Of a stretch of 64,000 nt of DNA, positions 1 through 11,742 are shown piece by piece; within the stretch, counting starts at the first letter, position 1, and each line of letters opens with the position of its first letter. A program made the translations under genes and the position numbers. This DNA is from Eukaryota sp. GEM-RC1 (lineage: Eukaryota). Location of the stretch: positions 1,550,001 through 1,614,000 of the forward strand of contig JAUFOQ010000002.1 in the NCBI GenBank assembly GCA_040285855.1, given 5' to 3'. Under the pieces are notes generated by a model, which saw only the letters and a program-made list of their open reading frames with translations, was not told where the DNA came from and did not search any database.

Positions 1-32
1 GTGTTTTTTATGAAGTGACATGTTTATTGGTA

Positions 33-233
33 CTACCTCTTTTCTTGCCGTTTTTTACTCGGAAGCGTTTCCTCTACTTTATGTTTGCTCTTTTCGACAG
101 CCTCTTGTACTCTGTGTTGACTTGCTAATGTTGCCTCCTCTGCCTTGTGCTGTGCCTTGTGTATCGCTTCTTCACTTCTGTGTTGGGCTTTGATTCCTGT
201 TTGCTTAACCTTTTCTGTTTTGGGGTTTGGCAT
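33..233 (-). CDS. small hydrophilic protein with 11-mer repeats (LEA group 3-like hydrophilin)
   Basis: 66 aa, K/E/Q/A-rich, no Cys/Trp/Phe/Tyr; 11-residue periodicity KAQHRSEEAIH/KAQHKAEEATL/ASQHRVQEAVE/KSKHKVEETLP. Confidence 0.55.
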   Translation of the reverse strand: MPNPKTEKVKQTGIKAQHRSEEAIHKAQHKAEEATLASQHRVQEAVEKSKHKVEETLPSKKRQEKR

Positions 234-1889
234 TCTAAAGGTCTGGAATATACCGTTTCTTTTGCAGTTTTACTTCAGTTGGTAAGGATTTCTTTTTTAG
301 AGGATTTCTGTTTTGAGGCAATACATTTGATTGAACCCTTATAGAACATTTGAACAATAGATAATTATAATACAGTGGATATCTTCGAATCAACGACTTT
401 TTGAGGATTACTAAGACCTTTTTTTGGTCAATTCGAAAATTTGCTCCCAAACTTCCATCAAGGTGGCTTTAAGACTGGGACCTGGTGAAACATCTTGTGA
501 TAGACTATTGCATATGTTGATTGGCGAGGATTGTTTATTTATTATGGGCTAACATTTGGATTCTTGCTGAACTACTCAACAATTCCTAATGAACAAAAGA
601 TGTTAAAGTTCACTCAGCAACCGCAAAAAATATATATTTATTGCATTGTTTATTGTTTGATCGAACAATACATATATTGTCCAACCAAATATTGCATTGT
701 ATTGTAGGTTTATTGTGCACAAAAACAATAAACAAGAATACAGTATTTCCGCTTTATTGAAAGCAAACGTCAATCTGAATCATTGTTTTCTACATGTACA
801 AATTCACTTTCTGCTTTCTGAGTCATAACACATGTCACTATCTGCTGATTTCTGGTAGTAAATGCAAAACTACATTTCGGGACATGGAGATCTGTTCGCA
901 CGATCAAAGAGAGTTCTATGATCTACTAAAAAAGTTGTCAATGTCTTAACTGGATGAGGGTGTGAACAATAGATCATTTGTGCTGTCTATTTCTTAAGAG
1001 TCTGAGCTCTGTTACTTTCCTTCAAAAATTGCTCAAAAGACATACCGTCAGAAATTTGGGTAACACATACACTTGAAAGGTGTTCGTTCATCCGAGCATT
1101 CCTGATGAACAATTGGGGGTTGCACACCTTCCAATAGTTTGGTTTTATTGAGAAAAACAGTGAAGTTGTGAGATACGTGATTCTTGTTATAGTTGCACAA
1201 AATGATACTACTAGTAGTACGTATTGATTTTATCCAATTAAGTTACAATTTTGATTTGAACAACAATGCTCGTTGGAGAAAGGGTTCGGTCACACGTGTT
1301 GATTACACTTGCAGGTCCATTTGCAAGTGTGATCACCATCACCAACACATCACAGATTATTGAGGGAACACATTGGTTAGTGTTCATTTTTGTGATTTAC
1401 TGATCAAACACTGTACTATAGCTCAAACAGCAGAATGTGACTGTAGTTATGTGATGACCGCATTGAAACGTGGAGCTGATAGTAACAAGTATGTCTGAGT
1501 GTGGTACTGTCTTTTGATCCATGGCACATATATGAACCATCAAATACCATGGTTGAAACGCACTACCACTAACACTGGAATCACCCGTAATGGACGTGCA
1601 TTTGACCGTTACGATTAGATACCAACAGTCTTGGTCTATAGATATGATTCCAGAACAGAACCGCTACAAACCTTTGGAGCATTAAGACTCTAGTTACTAC
1701 ACAGGAATCTCTACTCTGACATCTTTGGTGAATGAAGTTCTTTCAATAACTGATGAATCCTACTGTATTCAATCAATGGGATTTTGTACAGCAATCCTCG
1801 TCATAATAAGTTGAATAATAATATATATTTTTTTGGCAAGTGAACCAATTGTTCCAATGACTTGCTCTCCAACTACCATATTGCTTTTT

Positions 1890-2419
1890 TCTTACTTTGG
1901 TCATCCTGATTGATGCCAAATGCATCAGCCAGTCTCCTTATCTCTGGAGTAATATGCGCTGCTTCTGTGATATGCAAAAGTATGCCAATAACCATGGATC
2001 TCCCCCCTGATGCCAAAGCTTACTGGATGGGGCATTCTACTGCTGTTAGTAAAGGTTACTGCAAGGTTTGCAGTATCTATTTCAACGGAATCGATGGTAC
2101 CGATGGCAAATCTCCCTCTACTGACCATGGTACAGTTGCTCACTTAAGCAATGGCAAAATCGTTTTTCCTATTACTCAATGCTTGTCCAAAAGGTTTGAA
2201 TCTTCTGGTTGCTCTAACGCTAGAACCCATTTCATGGATTATGATGCTTGTGTTAGATGGGCGCGGACCAAAACTCATGTGTTTGTTAATGATAAATGGT
2301 ATATTCGCTATGTTGCAAAACATGGAGCCCATCCGGCTTGTATGTTATTTTTATCTTTCATCCTAGATTGTAACTTGTGTGGTCCTACCGATCCTTGTAA
2401 TGGTGAGATCCGTGGTTAA
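1890..2419 (+). pseudogene. degraded ORF, possibly a tyrosine-recombinase C-terminal fragment
   Basis: Across a frameshift at a C-run (~2002-2007) reads NMRC...AYWMGHSTAVSKGY, resembling the HxxR...GH...Y signature; upstream frame is broken. Confidence 0.25.
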
Positions 2420-3182
2420 TTCACCAGCTTAAGTAATTTATTGTTCATTTGTATATAAAGCACATATTCATGGTCTGTCTTATAACAGGTTATATAATAG
2501 GAATGTAATTAAGATCAACTCACTTTACGAACTCAAATTGAATTGATTGAACAGATCATCTTCTCCGCAGTGTACTGAATTACTGTCTTAGAAATCAATC
2601 ACAGACAAAATATGGAATCTACCATCACAAGAAGCAAAAATTTGTGATTTGCAACTATGATTGTGATTGACTTAAACTACTTTTCAAAACAATTGTACCA
2701 GAATTTGCACAGTGTTTTTGCATATCATTTCTTGACAGAGTCGACCTTTGTATGATACTCAGTGTTGATGACTACTAGTACTGTCGTAAGACAACCACCG
2801 CGGAAAGTCAATCTAAAGCATATAAATTCTTTAATTTGGTTGTGAATTGTATCAACTGCCAAACAACACTCTACAGTAGACACCCTATAAGTGGCGCTTC
2901 AATTTTCTGTTGAATCTGGTTGACAATTACTGCTTCAAATATTAGAAACCCAATCAAGGGCTCTCAAGGGATTCGTTGTTTGGAGTCCTTTATCCATGCA
3001 ATTGACTCCAAAAAGATGAAACTTCATTGATTGTTAGTCAGACTCGTATGTTTGGATCTGTGTATTTCACTGATCATGTACGTTGTTCTAACAGTACTGC
3101 ATTATGGTTTACACGGAGCCAAGACTGTCTGTTCACAAACTTAACTAACCATTTTGCATTCATTACTATGATTATTTAATAT

Positions 3183-3248
3183 TGTTAGCACTGGAACAGT
3201 ACCCTTATAATAAATTCAATTTACTTCACCCTATGTCTACAGACAACA
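3183..3248 (+). repeat. 5' LTR (66 bp)
   Basis: tgttagcactgg...ctacagacaaca, identical to 9385-9450; contains TATAATAAA and an ATG at 3233. Confidence 0.95.
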
Positions 3249-4182
3249 ATAATTATTGTGTCCCTTGCGGTTCCGCCCCGTGTGACGCTCAACCCCCTCA
3301 TTCTCCAGAGTCTCAGGACCCTACAATGAGTAGGTTTGTTATAGAAGGTTCCGCCCTTCCAATAACCTCCCAAAGATTCTCCGAGGTTGTAGGTTCCGTC
3401 CCTACTCCTCAAACTTCGCAAACTCCCCAGGAGGTTCCGCCCTTCAAAGGATTCCGGTAGTTGAAGGTTCCACCCTTCCTTCTACTCATGTGGAAGATAC
3501 TACTATCCAAGTGGATAGCTCTTCGGAAGGTCCCGCCCTTCAGAGTTCCATCTCTACAGAAGATTCCGTTCTTCAAGAGACCACTTCTCCGAGGTCTGTA
3601 CCCAAGGATACACCTCCTCCATCAAGCCCATCTTTTGAGAGGATTAGAGCTATGTTCAGCGGAGTTCATACTTCCAACAAGCCTTTTACTTCCCTACAAC
3701 TCTCTTCTTCAGCAACTCCCATGTCGCCATCAGGAGGGTTTAAGTTTGCCCCGGAACGAGACTCAGGTCTCCCTCCACGTAAGTCTTTGCCAAAAGCCAC
3801 TTTCAAAAGTGCTCCCCTGAAAAAGTCTCAGAAGGGTTCTGTTCCCTCATCACTTCCCACAGTTGATGCCTCGTCGACTCCACGTGCTCAGGATTCCGTT
3901 CCTCATGTTGGTGTAAAATCCATAGTTTCTCACATCACTCCCACCGTGGACCCTGATTTAGTAGATCTATGTGACTATGACGTATCTGATGATGAAGAGT
4001 CTGGTCGGACGCCTACTAGAGGCTCATCTGACCATTCTCAACCTCCGCCGTCAAGGCCTGATACGAGAGGGTTCCAACCCCATCCTATAATTCCCGTACA
4101 AGGGTTTATACCTGTCAGGTCTTCCAAGACGGGTTCCTCAAAGTTATTCCAGGCCCCAACTGGTCTTTCCAACAAGGATTAA
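3233..4182 (+). pseudogene. S/P-rich first ORF of the retroelement (putative gag N-terminus), frameshifted
   Basis: ORFs 3233-3460 and 3490-4182 share EGSAL/EGPAL/EDSVL/GSVP peptides; position is that of gag; no capsid motif recognised. Confidence 0.4.
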
Positions 4183-5231
4183 CTGAAAAGAACTAAAACA
4201 AGCCGATCGTAGGATGCTTCAAGTTGCGTACTCTACAAGCTGTTCGAACTGTGTTTCTCTTCTATTTGAACATGGTTCATGAATTTCAACAAAGCAGACT
4301 GTTCTTCCATGTTCAATCTCAATTCACGCAGGTTTCATCAGTTTCTTATACGGTGAACACTCTCAACCAAGCACCTGGCTGTTTAGAATCCGGTTGTACA
4401 GACCCACTTTACAATGCTACTACTGCTATTCGCATGAAGTTCATCCCCGAAATGCCTCTTTCATAGTGTATTAGAGGTATACTCACTGTCTTTGATGACA
4501 GAAGCAAACCTGATTCCTTTCTGACGCATCGTTACCAAACGGATTCTGTCATCTTTTGCCAACGAACGTGGTTCCGATCCACGAAGTTGATTCTGGGTCA
4601 ATTTCACAATTGACGAATTTCTCTTCAAAAAAAAATTCCATCTCCACTAGATGTCCGTTTATCCGCTGATGGCATCTATCCACAGCCTCAAACTCTAACT
4701 GAAGATTCAGGTACACTATCAACAGCTCTCCACAGCAAAACGTTAGTAGTGTATCGACAGGACTTGCTCATAGAGCTACTTCAAACCTTGAATCAAAAAA
4801 GTTGAACAATTTTTTCCACAAAATCTTCCACCTCCCACAAAATCTCTCTTTTCCTTAAGTGAGTTAGCTTCCCCAAGCCCCGTGTACAGCCAACATCCGA
4901 TAGTTTTTCTTAGTGTTTAAGAGATACGGATGTCTCCTGCTGCTGTCACAATTCAATAAACTGTTTAACTTTCTATAGTAACAGCTATCCAACCGCTGCT
5001 CAACAATATCCTTTTTCAGACGAGGATGTTCTCCGAACGTATATTACGAGTTGAAAGACCATTTTATTCGATTCTATTCACAGCAAACAATACAACCTCC
5101 TATGGTCTGTTTCCACACGTTCTGAACAACATTTGATTTTTTGCTCCACAAATTGGTTCTCACAGGGAATCGAGCCTGTGACCGTGACTAATCAATATCA
5201 CCATACATCTGACAAACTTTTGTTAAGATAA

Positions 5232-5720
5232 ACACAAACGAGAATCAAGGACACTGATTCAACATCTCATCCTTTTCTCCACACAAACGAGAATCAAGGA
5301 CACTGATTCAACATCTCATCCTTTTCTCCACACAAACGAGAATCAAGGACACTGATTCAACATCTCATCCTTTTCTCCACACAAACGAGAATCAAGGACA
5401 CTGATTCAACATCTCATCCTTTTCTCCACACAAACGAGAATCAAGGACACTGATTCAACATCTCATCCTTTTCTCCACACAAACGAGAATCAAGGACACT
5501 GATTCAACATCTCATCCTTTTCTCCACACAAACGAGAATCAAGGACACTGATTCAACATCTCATCCTTTTCTCCACACAAACGAGAATCAAGGACACTGA
5601 TTCAACATCTCATCCTTTTCTCCACACAAACGAGAATCAAGGACACTGATTCAACATCTCATCCTTTTCTCCACACAAACGAGAATCAAGGACACTGATT
5701 CAACATCTCATCCTTTTCTC
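5232..5720. repeat. perfect tandem array, about 10 x 49 bp
   Basis: Unit aaacgagaatcaaggacactgattcaacatctcatccttttctccacac recurs at 5236, 5285, 5334 ... 5677 with no spacers. Confidence 0.97.
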
Positions 5721-6019
5721 AAAGCAAGCAAGATCCAAGATTTTTGGTTTCTTACCTGATCCTTTGTATCGACAACATATTCTCTTGGGATCATCCCTTA
5801 CCAGAATACTAAATAAAACACTGTTAGATATTTGAGCGTATTTGACATTGAAAGTGTTCATCACTTAACACAACCATCATCGAAAACGGTTCCGACCAAC
5901 TTCCCAAACCCACTCAGTAACATCAGTAACAGTAGTGGTATGAATTCAATAAAGCCTGAATCGCACATTCAGCAATGTAGTCAGAACTCACCTTCATTCC
6001 TTAGTTGCAGACTAATGTC

Positions 6020-9000
6020 GATGGAGTTCCAGTTCAAGGTCTTTGCGGACAGTGGAGCAACAGTCCCAAATCACACAAGACCTGGCTACGAGGTGCAGCA
6101 TGCCCATCGCTCACTTCATCCACCGCCAATGTTGAGTATAAGCCCTTGAATCGCGCACAAGGCATCTTAACCTTCGTACTCAGTAATAAAAGCTTACCTG
6201 ACAAACGTTGATTAGACCCTCCCAATAATTCCCGGATCCAACAAACTATTATTGGGAATCGATCTCTGAAAACAGTTGGGAATGCTGAACGAAGACGGAC
6301 CAGTCATCCGGATTGATAGGCTCCCATTGCCATCTTGAACGACGAGTGTGAATTCAACTCACGTTCATCCAACCAAGTAACCATTTCTATTGATAGCTTT
6401 GTAGACTGTAATTAAACAATCTATTAATTCCGGTTGCACCACACAAAACTCGATGATACAAACAGGACCAAGAATATATTGTGCCTTTACAGGAGTTTTC
6501 CTCAATATACTCGTATGTCCCTCACCAAGACGGCATCAATTGTCTTCCTACGATGATTGACTTCTACACTAGAAGAGTCCTCTGTGAGAAGGAATCCACG
6601 GTCAAATTCATATATTCAATGGATTTCCGAATGATCCTTGAACGTGTTCAAAGGAATTTAGCTGAGATTCAACTCCAAAGAACAGTTCAGCTCAATGGTA
6701 ACTCATGCAGTTCACCCGATCAACGTAGGTACCAACTTACCGGTGACTACTGTGTTTCCAATGAGATCAAAGCTCTAACTCGCGTACTCGAATTGAACCT
6801 CCCATGGAACATCGATAGTAGTAACCGAGGCAATTTTCCAAAAATTTGATGTATGAAAGATTCGACCATGAGGGCATATTCATTTACATCGATGACATAA
6901 TCATAGTAGGCCGCACATTCGAAGAGTTTATGGGCCGAATACGATTCGCTCTAAACAAAGCATTCACACGTAGAATCAACCTTGGCCTACCAAAATGCCA
7001 CTTTGTGACTAAGAGACACCCACTAAAGATCTTGGATAGTAAGTTCGTTAACAATACACGCAGTATTGACCCTTCGCGTATCACAGCTCTCCTAGAGTTG
7101 CCCGTACCAACAACAATCAAAGAAGTTCGTAGCTTCGTGGGTTCGAGAAACTACATCAAAGACTTTATCCCAGGTGCGTCAGACTTTCTGGCCCCAATCA
7201 TCAGCTTAGTCAAGAACAACGCTCGTTCAGTAAAATGGACTCCACTCCATCAATCTAATTTTGAGACAATCAGAAATAAGATCATCAATCACATGCTTCT
7301 CAGTCTACCAGACAGGGTCAACGCGTGCTGATTAGTGCAGACGCCAGTGATATTGCCGTAGGTGGTGTCAATTGGCAGGAAATACCTCCCAACGCACAAG
7401 ATGGAACTCCTTTGAACAACAGGAAAGTTATCCCACTAGCTTTCTACAGCAAACTCCTAACGGAATCTCAACAAAACTGGGCAACAATTTAGAAAGAGTT
7501 GTACGCCATTGTTCTGATCCTAACGGAATCACCCATGTCATCATTCCTCCTGAGCAGGGATCTAACCATCTTCACAGATCATAGAAACCTAGCTTTCCTC
7601 ATCTCAGCACCCGAGAAAAACAGAGTAGTCAAGCGTTGGATACATATCCTAAGCGAATTCCAATTCTCGGTGATCCACACCATTGGAGAAGACAACCACT
7701 GGGCAGATATGTTATCTCGAAACATTGAAACCTCTCCACCCGAAAACATAAACCTAGTCACATCTTGCCCCGAGCCGATGTTCTCTAGAGTCGATGGACT
7801 GTGTCGTTCTGATGACGATATGGAATACCAATCGCTGACCTCCGAGTCAATCAACATGATTAGTGAACCATTAATCAACAAGTCAAAAATTTTTGACGCT
7901 TGGCTATCCAAAGTACGCTCCACACAAGTAGAAGCCAAGAACAACAACGACGTACTGTTTCAGCATCCCACTGCTGTATACAACGAAGAGCTCCAGCTAT
8001 TCCTAAATAGCGATGGTAAGATCCTCATCCCTGTGAGTCTTCGGAAAACCACCCCTTTCCCTCACGCAGGCCACCCCAGCCTAAGAGTCAGCATTGATCG
8101 GCTAAACTCTAGTGACTATTTCTGGCCCAAAATGGCCAAAGATATGAAGAAACACTGCATGCAATGCCCAGCTTGTCAAAAGACAGCTCCCCTTGCAAAA
8201 CTCAAAATCAAACCATCAGGTAACCTTTGGGCAGACAAACCATTTGCAAAAAATGAACGCTGACACCATGGACCTTTGCCGACAGACACCTCCGAAACTG
8301 TCACCTTCTCGTATTCATAGACTCGTTTACCCGTTATTCAGTTTTATGTCCCTTGAAGGAGCTCAATGCCCAAGAAACCGCCCATGCACTAGTGTGTAAT
8401 GTATGTGCCATCTTTGGTATACCCCATCTGATTCATAGCGATAATGGCAAGGAGTTTGCCAACCATGTCTTTAATGGCGTGTGTCAGGCTTTTGACATCG
8501 ATGCGGAGAAATCCATCCCCAGTTTTTCGCAAAGCAACGGATTAGTGGAACGTCGCCACAGAGACATCCTGCAGTCATTAAGAAAGATGCTTATCGATTT
8601 TAATGATTACGACAACTGGTCCAAGTACATTCCAATTGTACAACTGTTAGTTAACACAACTAAGAGTAGAGTGACAGGTTTCACCCCATACCAACTCATA
8701 TTTGGATCAGCCACCAGCCCTGGTAGCGATCCCAACAAGATCCTAGCTTGTCTCTCACAGGAAAGCCAATCAGAAGATTCCTTCCTGGCAGATTATCAAT
8801 CAAAAATTCAAAGAATTTTGAAAAATCGGGAAGAGGCAGAGATCAATCAATCTTCCACTCAACCCGTGATAACTGTCGAACCAACCTTGTCGTCCCTGTA
8901 CTCGAGTGGAGACTTAGTCCTAAAGACTAACTCCAAAACTAAGAAGCTTCACGGCAAGCTCGAAGGTCCATTCCTGGTCATCGACACGCCCACCGCAAGC

Positions 9001-9384
9001 TCTCTTATCTTACAGAACATTATCACTGGACATCAGTTCAAATGTAGTGTTCACCAATGTAAGAAATACCTCACTGACAAACCCTCGTCTGACGAGTTCC
9101 ACAAAGCTGTCGCCTCCTGTGACTCAGAGGAAATGATCGTGATTAAGGTGCTGTCCCAATCCGACTCATCCTCAGGACCTGTTTGTTCAGTCGTCTGGTT
9201 CGATGGTGATACCACCGAGGTGCCTTTGGATCAAATAAAGAACACCAAAGCGTATTCCGAGTTTATTAAATCTAATCCCTCCTACAAGCCACCTACTAGA
9301 AAGAAACGAAGCGTTCAGGGTAGTTCCAGCCGTGCCTCTCCACCTGCCAAGAGGACCAGATCCTCGAGAAAGGGGAAAAAGTAG
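6020..9384 (+). pseudogene. pol: pol polyprotein remnants: protease, RT, RNase H, integrase with chromodomain-like tail
   Basis: FADSGA (protease); YIDDIII (RT); ADASDIAVGG and TDHRNL (RNase H); HAGHP...CPAC, HSDNGKEF, SNGLVER, GPF (integrase); IKVLS...VVWFDGDTTEVP chromo-like; several frameshifts. Confidence 0.9.
9366..9384 (+). other. polypurine tract
   Basis: gagaaaggggaaaaagtag directly abuts the 3' LTR and also encodes the last integrase codons RKGKK*. Confidence 0.85.
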
Positions 9385-9450
9385 TGTTAGCACTGGAACA
9401 GTACCCTTATAATAAATTCAATTTACTTCACCCTATGTCTACAGACAACA
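9385..9450 (+). repeat. 3' LTR (66 bp)
   Basis: Identical to 3183-3248 and followed by the ATAT TSD. Confidence 0.95.
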
Positions 9451-9456
9451 ATATAC

Positions 9457-9837
9457 TTACATTTTCTCCCCTCTAATAATTCTCCCCGATTTGAGATCAA
9501 CATCTACTCCAGAAGGTCCTGCTCTTCCACCTCCTATGCTTTGTGGTAGAATTTGACCATGTCCGTAATGTTCTACTTCCACGTTGTCTGGATCTTCACA
9601 CTCCAAGTGACCGTCTTCAAATTGGACACAGCCTCCCAGTGGAGCTCTTCCTCCTCCAACACCTTGTGGTAAGATCTGTCCTGGACCATAGTTCTTTACT
9701 TTGGAGCTACCGGTTGGCTTGGAAGCTCTTTCAGGACGTTCAAACTCTTCTTGTGGTTCAAACTCTTGCTCTTCTTGTTCAGGTTGTTGGTAAGTGAATT
9801 GTTGTCTAGAAGATCTTTTGGGATATCTGGATGACAT
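9457..9837 (-). CDS. uncharacterised protein with two YGxGQILP...GGGRA repeats (family member 1)
   Basis: ATG (MSSRY) at 9837; close paralog at 55255-55662 differing largely at synonymous sites; distant relative at 50179-50469. Confidence 0.75.
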   Translation of the reverse strand: MSSRYPKRSSRQQFTYQQPEQEEQEFEPQEEFERPERASKPTGSSKVKNYGPGQILPQGVGGGRAPLGGCVQFEDGHLECEDPDNVEVEHYGHGQILPQSIGGGRAGPSGVDVDLKSGRIIRGEKM

Positions 9838-10935
9838 TAAAGTAACTTTTTGATTTATTGGTTGACACAATGCAAATAAATTTGGTTAGCAGGTTTCTTT
9901 TTTAAAAGAAGTCTTACAGATACAGTATGCTAACGGCTGTAAGTAACTAACTGTATGTTATCTGACTGGATCCTAATATGTTTTAACAACAAAACGGGAC
10001 TCTGTTTCCTCAAAACTATCGTTTGTTAAAATATTTAATCAAACGACGTTAAAACAAGGATTACTCACTGGAACGAATTGTGGATGTCTATGGAACCACA
10101 ACATAAACACCTTGTCCTTGTTTAAATTCTACTGCTACTACAAAATATATTTTTTATTTATTTATTGTCAACAGATGGATCACCAATATATTTGTTGTCT
10201 CAATCGGCAGTATGCAATAATATTGCAATATATTTCAATATTGTGACAATATGTTTTCATGCTAAATTGTCGTGTTTTCATTTGCAAATATCGAACTTTC
10301 TTCAAACAACTCGTTCAACGTTGTCTCGATTTTGTAAGATATGAACAGTTGATCCTACTGCATTTTAAATTAAAATTTTTAATTGTTCGAAAGATTGTTC
10401 AGTCGTACAGTGCTTACTACTGGTACTCTTCGATCACGTTTGCACCCTTCAAGCCTTGAGAAACAGTTACGTTTACTGTACAACTCGCAACTTTGACATG
10501 AAAACACTATTCGATGAATTGTCCTCCACAGTCCTTGTCAAGATTTGTTGTATCAAGATGCAATGTAATGGATGAGAAATAGACTGTACTACATTAGAAT
10601 TTTTTCTCTGATTGATCATAATCCCTGTTTTTTCTACATTATACTAGTACTAGAGATATTGGCAATAAATATATATATTTATTGTAAACCCACACAATAT
10701 TATATATACTTAAATATATTTATTAACATCCCTGCTTGTACTAGTAAGGAATACTTCCTTTGTTAGGTATTAAAGGAATACTCAATTAGTAGAACTGCAC
10801 AGTGTGTTCATTCGATATAGCCTAAAACACGTTATAGCGAAAGGACATACAGTGACGCTATAGACAGGGTTGACTGTACTGCAGTGGTGAACAATGAACT
10901 ACTACTACTAGTAGTACATGTTGTAGTAGTACATG

Positions 10936-10993
10936 TTTATTCGGCACCCAATAAGGTAACCTTCCTACAAACTATGAAATTGTAAAAACAAAC
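10936..10993 (-). repeat. isolated 3' tail of a CRE-like non-LTR element
   Basis: Reverse complement of catagtttgtaggaaggttaccttattgggtgccgaataaac, also seen at ~22071-22112 (+) and ~51973-52015 (-). Confidence 0.7.
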
Positions 10994-11000
10994 CAATAAT

Positions 11001-11635
11001 CATAGTTTTCAATTACTAATTTCCAGTAATCGTAATTGTAGGAATTCCTGGAATTCCTGAAGGCCAATTTTGTAACGCCAGAATTACTGGAATTCGAGGA
11101 CTTCCTTAAACACGAAGATCTTCAATTTCCAGGACAAAACTCAACAAAATGGAACAAGTCTAGATCATACATACGGTTTCGTTGTATGTTACACTGGTTA
11201 CCAAAAGACTGCTTGACACCGACAGTTCTCAATTTTTACAGCAATTTACGTTTTTGAACAAAACAACATCGAAACTCCATTTTTCAAGAACAATTATCTA
11301 CCATTATATTGTCCTAAACATAAAAGTGTTATCCACATTGAGTATTTCGGTATAAAATTAACACATTTTGCAGTCGAAGTACATAACCACAATTTCCAAT
11401 TTGTGCTACATGTTTGCGAAGGATTTCCAAATACATATGGTTTGATTTGTCACTTTGCAAAAATCGTGTGAATAGAAATCAGAACCGGAAGTTCATTTTT
11501 CCGCAAAAAATCTCTGGTAATTGTACGAATTACTGCAGTAATCGTAACTCTGAGAATTCCTGGAATTACTGCAGTAATCGTAATTGTAGGAATTCCAGGA
11601 ATTCCTGATCCAACAACCCAGTAATTGAAAGTATG
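11001..11635. mobile_element. degenerate TIR element (MITE-like)
   Basis: Imperfect TIR CATA(G)TTTTCAATTACT; cagtaatcgtaattgtaggaattcc subterminal repeats at both ends; no TSD seen. Confidence 0.55.
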
Positions 11636-11742
11636 AAAAACTTCTATTATACAGTGTATAATAGAAGTTTTTGAATAATTTTCTTTCTCAATCCTTCAAG
11701 AGCAATCACCACCACTATTTGACATTTATAAGCTAGCTACAG

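Larger units (their letters stand above)
3183..9450 (+). mobile_element. Ty3/Gypsy LTR retrotransposon (chromovirus-like), internally degraded
   Basis: Identical 66-bp TGTT...AACA direct repeats at 3183-3248 and 9385-9450; ATAT TSD at 3179-3182 and 9451-9454; PR-RT-RH-IN order; PPT before the 3' LTR. Confidence 0.95.

Noticed and set aside
5232..5720. CRISPR array
   Set aside because: Units are contiguous and identical with no spacers, there are no cas genes, and the context is a eukaryotic retroelement
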